Assembly: GCA_965112735.1 (NCBI GenBank)
Contig: OZ218964.1
Span: 1,426,001 to 1,490,000, forward strand
Origin: Phaeosaccion multiseriatum
Taxonomy: Eukaryota > Protista > Ochrophyta, other classes
Direction: 5' to 3'
Length of the DNA: 64,000 nucleotides
In this document: positions 48,239 to 61,088 of the stretch, piece after piece
Layout: every line of letters starts with the position of its first letter
How positions within the stretch are numbered: the first letter of the stretch is position 1
Program-made: the position numbers and the translations under genes
Notes under the pieces: model-generated
What the model was told of the DNA's origin: nothing
Seen by the model: only the letters and a program-made list of their open reading frames with translations
The model's database searches: none

Positions 48239-50270
48239 TCAGCCTGCTGAAACGCTTGCCTCGGACGGCACCCCCCCTCCTCCTGCGCCTCCTCCGCCTG
48301 TCCCTGCCCCTGCTGCTGCTGCTGCTGCTGCTGCTGCCGCTCCTCCTCCTTCGGCTACAGCTACCCTCGCAGCCTCCTGCGCTGCTGCCATCATGGCTGC
48401 CTGCCCTCCCTCTTGCGGCTGCAGCTGGGCAAGTTGCTGTGGGTGGTCCTCCGGCTGCTTCTGCTCCAGTACCATCTGCTGCTGCTGCTGCTGCTGCTGC
48501 TCGTGTAGTTTCCGCTCCTGCTCCTGCTCCTGCTGCTGCTTGACCTGCTGCTGCGCCGCCGCGTGTGGTGGTAAGAGGGTGCTCATGCTGTCCCCTGCAA
48601 TGTTCTTTTCAAGGTCTGTAAAGGCGAAGATGTCGGGCATAGGCACGTTGTTGGGGAGCGCCGTGGTGGGGTCTCGCAGCTGGAAGGAGGGAGGGAGGGA
48701 GAGAGGGAAGGAGGGAGGGAGGGAGAGAGAGAGAGAGTGAAGAGAGGTAGAGAGGGAAAATTCAGTTGTGAGTTGTGAGTTGTGAGTTTTAGTAAAGGGT
48801 CTACCTCCTCCCAAAACCCACCCACTCACCCACCTAACCAGACAAAACCCCCACCCAACCCAAACCAAAAGCCCATCCTCCGCCCCTCCATCCTCTCCAT
48901 CATCACACCTCCCCCACACCCTCCCATACCCACCCCCCTCCCCTTCCCCCTCCTCACCTCATCGCAGAATGCGTGTGCACAAGCTTCCAAGGGCTTGACT
49001 CTCCCCTTCGGATCGTACGCCAACATTCGCTGCACAATCTCCACAGCCTCCGGCGGAGTGCCACTGCGGAACACCTCCTTCCAGGGGTGAGGCTTGATGT
49101 GGGGGAACTTGAACTCCGTGTAGTTTGAGTTCATGGCACTGATCTCCTCGCGAGTGGGGGTACCCAAGACCTTGATGATCTGTTGACAGATTTGACATGT
49201 GTTGTTGGTAAGAGGGGGAGGAAGGAAGGAAGGAAGGAAGGGAGGGAGGGAGGGGAGGCAGATATATGTGTGTGAGTGTGTGTGTGTGTGTATGTGAGTG
49301 CGCTGACTCACATACTCACTGACTCACTTCCTCACTCACTCTCACTCACTCACCTCAACAAGCTGATCCACTCCGCTGTCGCCAGGGAAAAGCGGCTGTC
49401 CAAGCAGAAGCTCCGCCGCCACACAACCGAGTGACCAAGTGTCGATGGAGCAAGCGTAATCTGTGGAACCGAAGATTAGCTCCGGTGCGCGGTAGTAGCG
49501 ACTAAGGGCGAGAAAGGGAAGAGAGGAAAGGGAAGGGAAGAGAAGGGGGTGGCAAAGTTTCGGGTTTCGGGGTTGAGCAGATGTATACGCAAAGACCCAA
49601 AGATGGGCATACAGGAGAAGAGAAGGAGGACGGGGAGGAGGGCGGGATACAGGGAGGGAGGGAGGGAGGGAGGGAGAGTGACAAAAGATCAAAGACAACA
49701 TAACATAGCCAGAGTGAGAAACAGAGCGAAGGGAGTGACAAAAGATCAAAGACAACATAACATAGACAGAGTGAGAGAGAAACAGAGCGAAGGGAGAGAG
49801 AGACCACCGCGAGAGAGGCATCGCATGAGACAGCGGTAGAGCTACATAAGAGAGAGAGAGCGACAGACAGACAAACAGAGTGACAGACAGACAGAACGAG
49901 ATGGAGAGAGTCAAGTCAAGCACCCACATACCTGCAAATGTACGACACATTAGGCTCTCCCACCACGAGGATCTTGGCGCTGCCGAAGTCGCAGAGCTTC
50001 AGCATGTGCGAGCTGAGGGGAGGGGGGGGGGGGGGGCGGAGAAAGTCAATTGGGTAAGTGAGTGGGTCGGGGCGTGGGTGGATGGGCTGGTACGGGGTAA
50101 CGGGTTGGAGCATATAACGCTACGGCGTAGCAAGTAGAGTTGACAGAGAAAAGGGGGATCGAAAAGAACAAACTTCGCTGACTCACTCACTGACTCCCTG
50201 ACTTACTACTGACTCACTTTGGGTCTAAGAGCAGATTCTGGGGTTTGATGTCCCGGTGGCAGATGCCCTT

Positions 50271-50331
<61 letters not shown>

Positions 50332-50905
50332 CAGTGTTCGAGAGGGGTACGAGGGAGGAACCATACACGAGAGAGAATACCATCGTACACGGCAAATGCA
50401 GACAGATTGGGCAGAGACAGTACCAGCAGCGGAGGTGAGGGTCAGAGAGGGTCAGAGTGGAAGGAGAGGAGCGGGGGGCGTCACACACAGATGGACAGCT
50501 TTTGCAGACTCAACAGGAAAGCAAGCAAAGAGCGTATTTCATTTGCACAGCGACGTCAAGTGAAAAGTTTTGTTCCTCCTCCTCCTCCCCTCTTCCTCCT
50601 CCTCTTCTTGCTCTTCTTGTCCGTGTTGTGTGGGATGTGAGCGTGCGTAGGCACTCGTACCATGGCGTGAATGTGCGCTAAAGCCCTCGCCAACTGGTAC
50701 ACATAGAGCTTGACAAGCACCAGAGGGAGAGACTGTTTGCTCTTTTGATAGCTCCGAGCCACGCTGTACACCTGAGATGAGATGAAGGGAGGGTCCCGGT
50801 GGGAGGAGGAGAGGTGAGGTGCGTGAGGTGGAGGCCAGAGAGAGAGAGAGAGAGGCTGCTTGCACTCGTTCCTCACAAGACAGTATGGATGGGTGGAGGG
50901 AAAAG

Positions 50906-50941
<36 letters not shown>

Positions 50942-52141
50942 CCAGCACCACCAGCACTACAACCACCACATCCATAATCAATCCCCCCTCATCACACCCT
51001 AACCGTTTGTGGCACGAACTCCAACACGAGGTTGAGATAGAGCTCGTCGGGCTTGTCTCCATCGGAGTAGAAGCAGTGCCTGAGGTGGACAATGTTGGGG
51101 TGCCCTTGTTTGACCAGCATGCGCATGATCTGCAGCTCCCTGTTCTTGAAACGCTTGTCCTGCAGAACCTTTTTTATGGCGACGGTTTCGCCCGTCTCCA
51201 CGACGGTTGCGGCAAAGACGACGCCAAAGCTGCCGTTTCCTATGATGCTCTCCGCGTTGTAGCTCACTGTCTGCCCGTCGCCATTGCCAGATATCTTGTG
51301 GTGGTTGGGTTAACAGTCGTGATGGAGGGGTGAGAACAAGGTGGACGTACAGGTGAGATAGAGAAGACCAATGTTCGGCCGGAATTGGCCCCGACCGACC
51401 GAGCCACATGCAGGAAGGAATGATGGAGAGGGGGTTTACGGATGGTAACACTTGGAAGCCAAAAAAGCTTGCACTGCACGCCAAGCAGGGGGAACGCCCC
51501 GCGGCACGGCGTGGTGGCATCAATGCATGAGCGAAGCAGTAGGAAGGAACATGCGGAGATCTACCTACCTACATGCTTGTAGTATATTTGTGCAAACAAA
51601 ACGTGGAGTGGAATGAATGGTGGATTGTGCGCTCCCTCTCTCTCCTCACCCTCTCACCTGCTTTCCCTTCTTCCCCCCCGAGGATCCTGTCACACCCCCT
51701 GAAGCGCCGGCGCCCTCTCCACCCCCTCCTGCTGCTCCTGCTGCCGCGAGGGCACCACTCACCCCGGCGCCAGCGTTGTCCGCGGCAGCCCCTGAGAGGG
51801 AGGGAGAGAGAGAGAGAGCAACCCCAACGCAAGAAAAAAAATGCAAACGCGCAAAAAGGCAAAAGCGTCACACCACTACTCAAGTCCCTTCCTTCCTTCC
51901 TTCCTTCCTTCCTTCCTTCGTCCTTGAAACATCATACATACGATGCTCCATCCACCCTGCCGCTTCGTCTGCCGTTTCGCCTGCCGTTTCGCCTACCGCC
52001 CCACCCCCCCCCCCCTGCCCCTTCCACCCTTGGCCCACTCCACTCACCTGCTGCGGCGTCGACACCGCCTCCAACAGGGTCTATGGGTGGAGCCGAGCCC
52101 GATGAGCCTTCTCGGTTGTTGATGGTCACATGCCTGCCCAT
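48239..52141 (-). CDS. GSK3: Glycogen synthase kinase-3 / shaggy-like kinase (multi-exon)
   Basis: [86 protein letters not shown]|IIKVLGTPT. Confidence 0.97.
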
Positions 52142-52181
52142 GACAAAGAAGCACCACACGCAGCAACATGCAACACCAAAA

Positions 52182-53681
52182 TTACGTAATAGTTACGTCA
52201 AGTTTTAGATACGAGTTGTGGCTGGGGGGGAGTTGGGCTATCGTGTTTATCGGACTTTGCCAAAGTTCATATTCCACTCACACCATCCTAGCACACGCCC
52301 CGCCCCTCCCTCCTCCTCCTCCTCCTCCTCCTCCTCCTTCCCTCGTCCTCTTCTCCAAACCCCAAACCCAGGGCTCTCCCCCAATTCGCTCACTCGCACA
52401 CTCACCCACCCACTCACTCACTCGCTCACTCACTCACCCACCCACTCACTCACTCACTCACCGCATGTGCTGAGTAATGGGCTCCATGGTTGAACCTCTA
52501 CTCTCCCTGTGACCCAAAGACTGGTGCGCGGAGGCAGGAGGAACCTGCTGGGCGAAACGGTTGCTGTTATACCGAGACAGCACTACTTCGTTGTTGTCTA
52601 CCTGCCGCTGCTGCTGCGCCCTCGCCTTGGTGTGCAGGGCCCTGTCCTTCTCCACCAAGGGGGCCGCCAGTTGCTGGCTGATGTAGTTCTCCACTTGTCG
52701 AGAGGGCGCCAACTCCCTGCGCGTAGAGATCATACATACACACACACACACAGACAGCAACAGAACAGAACAGAGAGAAGGGAGGGGGAATACAAACGTG
52801 TGTTCCACACACGGGACACAAGAGGGGCACGTGGGGATGCTGTGAGTGCGTGCACGTACAAGCTCGGTGCTGTGCGTTGACGGGACACAGGAACGGCCCC
52901 CGCACCCACTCAACACACACACAAAAGCAGCCCACGATACGCAAACACGGGGCAGCCTCCCTTCCCCATTCCACATAGAACACCAGGCCAAGGTGTGCAA
53001 AGTATCGTATCCCCGAGGGGGGCTATGCTCAAGCAATCGGCAGCACCAACCCCAAGGAGACACTCCTTGCTGCTGGCGAAGGCGTTGAGGTGATGAGGTC
53101 GACAAGTAGTGCACATGACTCAAGGCGGTGGCGGCTTGGGCAACCCTTACCCCCTCTGCACCACCGTGAGAGTGAGAGCAGCTTGCAACTTGCAGGCGTG
53201 AGGGGCTTGCAGCGGACTGACTGCTCTCTGCCTGCGAGGTTTTGTCTCCTTCCCCATCCCGAATTTGCAACTCCATCTTCCCCCCCCCTCCCCCCCCCTT
53301 TCGACCCATGTCTAAGCAAGAGCAAGTGGTACACCCAACGACGCACCTCAACTGCGCGCCGGTACTCTTGGCCTCGAGGAGCTTCGCCCTGAGCTGCTCT
53401 TGCTCACGCTGCTGCTGCTGCTGCCCCTGCTGCTGGTGCTGCTGCTGCCGCTGGAGATTCTTCCTGCTGCTTCTGCTGTTGCTGCTCCGGCCGCTATTCC
53501 TATGGCTCGCAGCCTCGTCCTGGGTGTTGCTGGTGTGATTGCTGTGAGTTCTTGCGGGCTCGTGTACGTGTCTCGGCTCCACTGGGGCGGGATCAGCAGC
53601 CGTCCCACGGCCGCAAGCAAGATTGCCTATGTTTTGGTGCGGTTGGCAGCACTGCGCCGCCACAACTGAGCAAACGATCAA
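52182..53681 (-). CDS. Hypothetical multi-exon protein (5' end unresolved)
   Basis: Phase-consistent exons: ..LRAKLLEAKSTGAQL|SCKLLSL..SVSLG|ELAPSRQVENYISQQL..QHM|RHNSYLKLDVTIT*. Introns carry the genome-typical (GTGA)n/G-rich 5' ends. No recognisable domain. Confidence 0.45.
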
Positions 53682-54137
53682 GACAGTAAAATCGGCGAAA
53701 AGGATAACGAGCTGTCCAAGTCCTCCCTTGGTGGCGCTCCTGCTGTTCCTGCCGCCGCTGCTACTGCTGCTGATACTACTGGTGGTGTCTGCCTTGCTCC
53801 ACCTGTCTCCTCCAACGGACAGCTGAGTGTACCTTGCCGTACACCACTCAGGGGCCGCGCTCCCCCCTTACTGTTTTGTTTCCCTCTCTCCGCGCCGAGA
53901 CGCAGTGGGCTTGTCTTTGACGTTCTCAAAGGCTTTCCCTGCCCCACCCTCTCCTCGCGGAGACGTTCGTCAGCCCCAAACCCGTCTTCCTTTGGTTTCT
54001 TCTTCGCACTATCTCCTCTCCCTCTGGGAAATGGGCAAGCTTTTAACAATCCTCACGTAACCTTACGTATGCCATCCCGTCTTTTGCTCACTCACCACAT
54101 TGCCCCCTGTGTTCGTTAGAGAAGGGAGGGGCGTGAG

Positions 54138-54547
54138 ATGGGCACCTCTGTGCCGCTGCTGCTCCTTCTGCTGGTGGTAGTGGTCCATGTGGAGGCCTTC
54201 TCCCGCTCTGGTGGGTTGCCTCGTCTTGCGCAGCAGAAGAGATTCAGCCCGGAGGTCCGGCACGTGCAGGAAGCGCAGCAATTGCAGCAGCCCCAGCAAT
54301 GGCTTCACCGGGGTGCTCCCTTGTTAATGTCGGTGTCTCAAGCACCCCATCCCAAGCAGCAGCAGCAGCCACCGCAGCTGTGGCCGGAGCGGGAGTGGGC
54401 GGGGGGGCGGCGGGGTCGCGTGCCGGAAGGCTGGGGTTTGCATCACAGGAGCAGCAGCAGGGGGGTGCTGGTAACGGGAGAGGAGGGAAGCCCAGAATGG
54501 CCGTCTCAACGGCTTGAGGCAGAGGGGCGACAAGAGCTCTCGCGAGG

Positions 54548-54586
<39 letters not shown>

Positions 54587-56468
54587 TAGCAGCGAGGACC
54601 AGCAATGGAGCGCCGGCCAAGAGAATCGGCGAGGGTTAGGCGAAGTTGTGGCTGCCGAGGGGCGCGCCGGCAACAGCTTCATGTGGGCCCCTTCTACTGG
54701 GGTAGATGGTGACCATCACAGAGCGACAACGGCGAAGGTTGCGGGCGCTGGTCCTACTGTACCACCAACTGCTGCTGTTCAAGAGGGGGGCGAGGTGCCG
54801 AGGCGGACAGTGTCCAAAACGCCGGGGGCATCGCCCCCAAGCTCCTCCTCCTCCTCCTCCTCCTCCTCCTCCTCCTCCTCCTCCTCCTCCTCCTCCTCCT
54901 CCTCCTCCTCCTCCGCTGTAGAGGCAGCCATCGCGGCTCTCGCTGCGTCAGAGGCCAGTCGCGCTGCCAGTGATGCGCAGAGGCTCGCCGAGGAGAGAGA
55001 GGCGGAGCGGGAGTGGAGACAGGTCATCGAGATGTTGGGTGGCAGAGTGGGCAAGCTACCCACCTTTCGGCTGTACTCGGACGGCAAGCTGTGGAGGGAG
55101 GTGCGTGGAGGGGATGGGGAAAGCAAGGAGGGTACTGTCCAGGAGCTCCACCAAAGCGTCAAGGCTTTCCTGGAGCAGGACCCGGACCATGACCAGGCTA
55201 CTGCAGCAAGTAGCAGTAGTGGGCACTCTCCTCCTCGTCTCACCTCTTCCTCCTTCGGCTTCGGCGCCTTGGGGCCGACTACTCCCCGGCGCCCCTCCTC
55301 CAAGCTGCCTCAGCTGCAGAGCCTAGGAGAGCTGTGCAACGTGGTCAAGAGGACTGAGCGGCGGCCCGGCCACCATGCCCAGGCAGGAGCAGCAGCATCA
55401 GCAGCACCAGACTCCTCCTCCTCATCATCATCCTCCTCCTCCTCCTCCTCCTCCACACCGAAGAGGGGCTCGACGAGGAGGAGCCTGGTGGTGGTGGACT
55501 TTGAAGCCACGTGGTGTCGCACCTGCACATTCTTCCGGCCTGTGGTGGCCGAGCTTGCAGAGGCGCATCCGGAGCTCCTCTTCTATACGGCTAATATCGA
55601 TGATATGCCCGAAGTGGCCGCTACAGGGCCCGTCCTCAGACGCCTGCCTCGACCTCGTCGCCGGAGCAGCACCACCCCCCCCCCCATGAACAGTAGTACA
55701 AGTAGTAGTACAAGTAGTAGCAGTAGCAATAGTATCGGCACTGCCAGTAGCAGCAGCAGTAGTAGCAGCACCATTGGCAGAAGGCAGCCCCCCGGCACGT
55801 CCAGCGGAGCACGAGTGACGGGCACAAGTTTTGTGTCACAGTTCAACACCCCACCCCCACCACCCCGGGGGGCAGCAGGAGGGGCAGGAGGGGCAGGAGG
55901 AGAAGGAGCAGCGGCGCCAGCAGCGACAGCGGCAGCAGCGGCAGCGGTGGGAATGGCAGGGGCGACGGCGGTAGCTGCAGCAGCAGGGTTAGCTGCCATG
56001 GCGAAGGCAGAGCGTCAGGCGGATGAGAAGACCATGGTCTCGCAGGTGGGGGCGTCTGCACAGACACTTTCAGAGGCCGGAGTAGGCGGCTCTGACGTGC
56101 AAAGCAGTGGCAGCGGTGGCGACAGCGCTGCCACGGGGCTGGGTATGTTTTCCTTCCTCAAGCCTGTGACAGAGCTCATTGGTGAGTGTAACGCCGTGGA
56201 GGCAACAGCGGAAGCGGCGGCGGCATCAGCAGCGAAGCTTGAGCGCGATGAGGCAGTGTTGCCGGTGGAGGAGGTCCAAGAAAAGCACTTAAGTTTCGGG
56301 TGTCTGAACTGTCGGCAGGTGGGCTTCCTGCCCTGCAGCGAATGCGATGCACAGGGCTTTGTGATGCGGGAGGGGCAGGGGCACAAGGTGGCCGTTACGT
56401 GTCCCGTGTGTGTGGGGTATAAGAAGGTTCGCTGTCCGGTGTGCGGGGGCAGCTGTCTCATGTGTTGA
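54138..56468 (+). CDS. Plastid-targeted atypical thioredoxin (WCRTC) with C-terminal DnaJ-type zinc finger
   Basis: Intronless 776-aa ORF; signal peptide ending VEA|F; LVVVDFEATWCRTC; LPTFRLYSDGK; five CxxC pairs at the C-terminus. Confidence 0.85.
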
Positions 56469-57533
56469 CGTATGGGGGTTTTGAGATGAGGTTGGGGATT
56501 GGAGAAGGGTTGGATGCAGGCGAGGAGGGGACCGTCAAGGAAGGCAGAAGGATTGGAGAGTGAGGGTGATGCGTAGGGGAGAGGAGAGCCACAGGTGCCG
56601 CGGCTGCCGCTGCGGTTGTGGGCCGGGGGTGGGAGGAGGTGGTGGTGGTGGTGGTGATGATGATGACCGTATCATTCAATCGAGCAGAGTCAGTGCAACG
56701 GATTATAGTATACTAGTGACATACGAGTTGCTGTAGAGTGGGTGGGTGGGAAAAGGAGCCGGTGTGGAGAGAATGCACGTGCGTGTGTGTGCGTTGGGGA
56801 GAAGGGAGTGGCGGGGGGGAGGCGTCTAGTTTGCTTAGACGGGAGGGATGTGAAAAGGGGAAGGACAAAAAACTTGTATACACTATTATACGTAGCATTA
56901 CTTATGCGACTAACACCACCGGGGGGGGGGGGTACTAATGGGGTGGTTGCGGGAGGAATGCCGTGCAGTGCAGAGCATTGAGCGGCTTGACCCCCCAAGG
57001 GGTGAAGGGCGTGAACGGGAGAGGGGAGGGCGTCGTCCCCGCTTGCACACACACACACACACACACAAACATCCAACACCATTACCTAACTCCTATGTAA
57101 TATTATATTTAATATATAAAAAACGTAAAATACCCTTCTCTTTTTGGTACGTTTTTCTTGGACTCTATGTAATGTTTGCACGCCTTCATTTCACGCATGT
57201 GTTGCGTTGCACCATAATCGTTCTTCCCTTCCCCCTTCCCTCCCAAGGGCAAGGTCAGAACGCTGGAAGTATAATAAAGGGTGTAAAAATGTCTAAACAC
57301 CGTGTAAAGTGTAAAGTGTGGGCCCCGAAAAAGGCACACGGAACACGGCAAGGGATGAAGGGGGGAGGAGGATGCCATGTGCCTGTGGGAGAGGAGGGCG
57401 GCGAGGGAGGCAGCGGGCACAAGGCCAGCAATCTGTTGATCTGTTAGCAATCTGTTGATCTGTTGATCCTCTCCTCTTGCAGGGCTCCTCTCGTCTCGTC
57501 TCCTCTCCTCTCCTCTCCCTCGCCTCCTCTTCT

Positions 57534-58178
57534 CTATCGAAGGCAGGCTTTGTAGACGGACACACCCGCCCCGAGTCCGCCCAGCACCGAGCCCAGCGCG
57601 ATGACAAAGATATTGAACAGAAATTCGTTCCGTCGCCAGCCCGTCTCTACCTTGCCAGAGACCTTTCGATCCGCCTGGCATTTCCGCACCCACATGAGGG
57701 CGGGGAATACATAGGCCACTGCCGAACCCAGCACTGCCCCACCGAGAGCCACCACGAGGCCCAAGTCTTGCAGCACCATAGCCAAGCCTGTGAAGGCGGC
57801 GACGAGGGTTACGGTAGCCACCTTGACGGTCTTGCTGTCGGTAGGGTCTTGTCGTAGAGCGTTGAGCAGGCCTTCTCGCACCGGGATGAAGGTCAGCGGG
57901 TACCCAAAGAGGATGGACACGCCTATGGCCAGGCGGCAGTAGGTGGCGAGCATGTCGGACGAAGCGTAGTTGTTGAGGATGAAGGGCGCGGAGGCGCCTC
58001 CGAAGGTGAGGAAGGGAAACACGGTCATGCCCGTGATGACCGCCGCGGAGATGATGAAGGAGGGCCACACCACCAGGCTGAAGCGCGGCACTGCGGGGTG
58101 TCGGATGGTTGGTGGTCAGCGTGTGTGTGTGTGAGTGAGCACCACAGAGGGCAGCAGCCGTAGAGGGGGAGCACGATG

Positions 58179-58216
<38 letters not shown>

Positions 58217-60355
58217 CAGCACGTGCGGGGAAAGGGGGTAGAGTTAGGAAAGAAGGCGGGCAGAGATCACGGTGGGTTGATTCCTGTTGTATACCCCGAT
58301 ATCGATTGCAACAATATCCTACATGTTTGTTTCGCACAAGCCTGTCTGCCTGCCTGTCTGTCTGCCTACACGCCTGACTTCCCATGTCTGCCTGCCATCA
58401 TGATGGAGGAACGAGCCGAGAGCCCCGCGCGAGCATTGACTGGGGCATTCGAGCACGCCTTGGATGGATCTTGGATCATTCCTTGGGCGCACTCGACCCC
58501 AGACCTTCAAACTCAGATCCCCAAGTTCAAACGATAGCCGAGCAAGTCTCTGCTGATCATGCCCTATTATCCACTGTCTCACCCTCATCCTCCCCCTCAT
58601 CATCAATGCTCACCCTCAGCCTCATCATCACACCCTCACCCTCACCCTCACCCCCTCACATGCTCACCTGACTTATCCTTGAGCTCGGTGTAGAATTTGG
58701 GCGCGTTGTAATGTGCGATGAAAGTGGTGGAGAGCATGGACACGAGGATGAGGGACAGGGCATTGAGTTTGCCCGAGCCACCAAAGGCAGGCAACGCCGC
58801 CCCAGTCGTCTTGGCCAAGGCATTGTAGAACTGCCCTCCCGCCCTGTAGGATCCGTCGAAGTACCGCAGGACCATCACTAAGGCCGTGTAGAGTGTGCCC
58901 GTGAGCCCTAGTAGGCTAAACTTGCCCAACGGGGCGAGGTTTTTGAGAAAGCACAGGGGCAGCACCACGCCGCTCGAGACCAAGGAGAGGGCAACGTTGC
59001 GGTTACGGAGGAGTGAGGGGGCGTTGAAGGTGGTGGCCAAGCTCTGAAGAACGTCTCCGATGATGATGGAGTAGCTCAGGCAGGCAAGCCCGGTCTTGAA
59101 TATTACGCTGCCGGACACCTTTGGAAAGGAAAGTGAAAAGTTAATATTCGGGCCAAGAGGAGAGAGGGGAAGGGGTGGGCGTGGGCTGCACCACCTGGTG
59201 CTCTCTTCCTTCCATGCGCACAAAAGACAGGCAGGCAGGGGGGAAGGAGGCGTACCATCCACTTTGTCTTCTTGCTGACGGTCAAGGCCCAGGCCTCTGG
59301 GTAGGAGGTGGCACCGGTGGCCGCACAGGTGCGTCCGATGAGGGAGAAGCAGTAGCAGCTGAGCATACCCATGAAGGAAATGAGCAGAGCGGTGGGGAGA
59401 GTGGCACTCCTCGCCATGGAGAAGGCGGCCACCCCTCCAGGCAATGCCAAGGTGCCTGTCAACATACATCCATTCACGCGCACGCGCGCACACATACACG
59501 CACACGTACACACGCACACACACAGACACACAGGGAGAAAGGAAGAGAGAGATGCACATGGACACACAAGAGAGAGAGAGAGAGAGAGTCAGGGAAGAGG
59601 GAGACGTTAGGGGGAGGGTGGTGGAGCGATTGGATACGAGCAAAGGGATGCCGTGCGCAGCAGACAGGGGCGAGAGAGAATGACGCGGGTACCGAAAATG
59701 GACGGACACTTACACGCACACACCTGCGCCCAAAATGTTCTTGACAATGTTAAAAATGGAGCCGAGGACGGGTGCCCCAACCCCATCCTTTGACTTGTTT
59801 GTCACTGCCGCCGCGCCACCCCCCCGAACGTTCACTCCCGCCGCTACCGCTGCTGTCAGACCCGAAGGTGGAGGAGATGATTGACTCGGTTGGGGGAAAG
59901 AAGCGCCCCCAGGTGGGACGGACAAACATTTGAGGCAAGCCTGGCGGTGCTGAGGGCTGGGTTGGCGGGACAGCAAGGAGGGGGAGGAGGAGACGTGACG
60001 AGTGGAGCGCGCATCTGCTTTGGGGACAAGAGAGAGAAGAGAGAGAGGAGGGGAGGGAGAGAGAGAAGGAGAGAGTAGGTGGGAGAGGGAAAGAGAGGAA
60101 GAAAGGGAGGAGAATTTGAGTATTGGTGTGGGAGAGGGAGAGAGTGCGTAGTATGGACGGAAGGACAGTAATGTGCAGGCGCGGGGGGGGGGGGTGCATG
60201 GGTGCGTAGAAGGTAGACAATGGGTCATGCACCAGCCTCCCCTGCGACTCCTCTTCGTCTGTCTCTCCCACGGCAGGCCATTGGTTTTCTCCTTACCTCT
60301 GCTGTGGTCTTTATTACTGTGGCGAGCGAGAGAAGGACCAGCGAATCCGAGACTC
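57534..60355 (-). CDS. Amino-acid transporter (AAAP/SLC38-like, Aa_trans family); start codon not resolved
   Basis: SIFNIVKNILGAG|TLALP, CLSYSIIIGD, LPLCFLKNL, FIAHYNAPKFYTEL, FLTFG..ILNNY, YPLTF, GAVLG..YVFP; many hydrophobic segments. Confidence 0.9.
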
Positions 60356-61088
60356 CTGCGGGCAGGCAGCACACAGGGGAGGGGAGGGAAGGGAAGGTGG
60401 GGTAAGGAAAGGTGGTGATGGGGAAGGGAGAGAGGCCATTTGAAAAGCGTGGCGATGATCGTAATTGAGAAAGCAGAGGCGATCGGTCTTCTTTCGGTGT
60501 GGCAAGAAAGCAAAAGCTCACAGCAAGACGTCAGTCTTTATTCTTGCCAACAGCTGCTGCCTCTTCCATCCAATCTGTCTCGCCCCCCCCGGACGCCACC
60601 GTGAATGTTCCGCTTTCAGAGCGCTGTGCATTGCGCCGAGAGGCGAGGTGGGCAAGTTCTACCTAGACAGAAGCATCTTCAAGCACAGCATGCTCCTCCT
60701 TGGCCAACTTCTTCCTGCGTTTCCTCTGGTCCCCTCCTACACCCTTTCTTTTTCACGACAACCGAGACTGTGCAAACTTCGTGGCATTAACACCAATCCT
60801 TGCCCAAATTCTCTGCAAGACACCCACCTTGGCCTTGCAATCGCCTGGGAATAGAGCAGAGTAACGAGAAGAATCCTGAGCATGATGGAAACGGAAATGA
60901 AAATCATGTGGATGAATTGAATTGGAGAGGGGGAAGTAAGTCAGTGAGAGACTAGAGGCACATGGGCCGGTGTATGGACCCCTCCCCTCCTTCCTCCTTT
61001 CCCCTTTCCTCCCCCACCTTTTGGGTGCCCGAATACCTTCGATTGGGATTCAGTGAAGTAGCGCTCCGGCCGGAGGGAAGGGGTTGAT

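Noticed and set aside
49676-49765. Two-copy ~33-bp direct repeat in a GSK3 intron (similar small duplications at about 4564-4612 and 57428-57468)
   Set aside because: Ordinary local duplications with no element ends or wider pattern.
53400-53669. Plus-strand hydrophobic ORF resembling a membrane protein
   Set aside because: Leu runs derive from (CTG)n; splice-signal polarity nearby favours a minus-strand gene.
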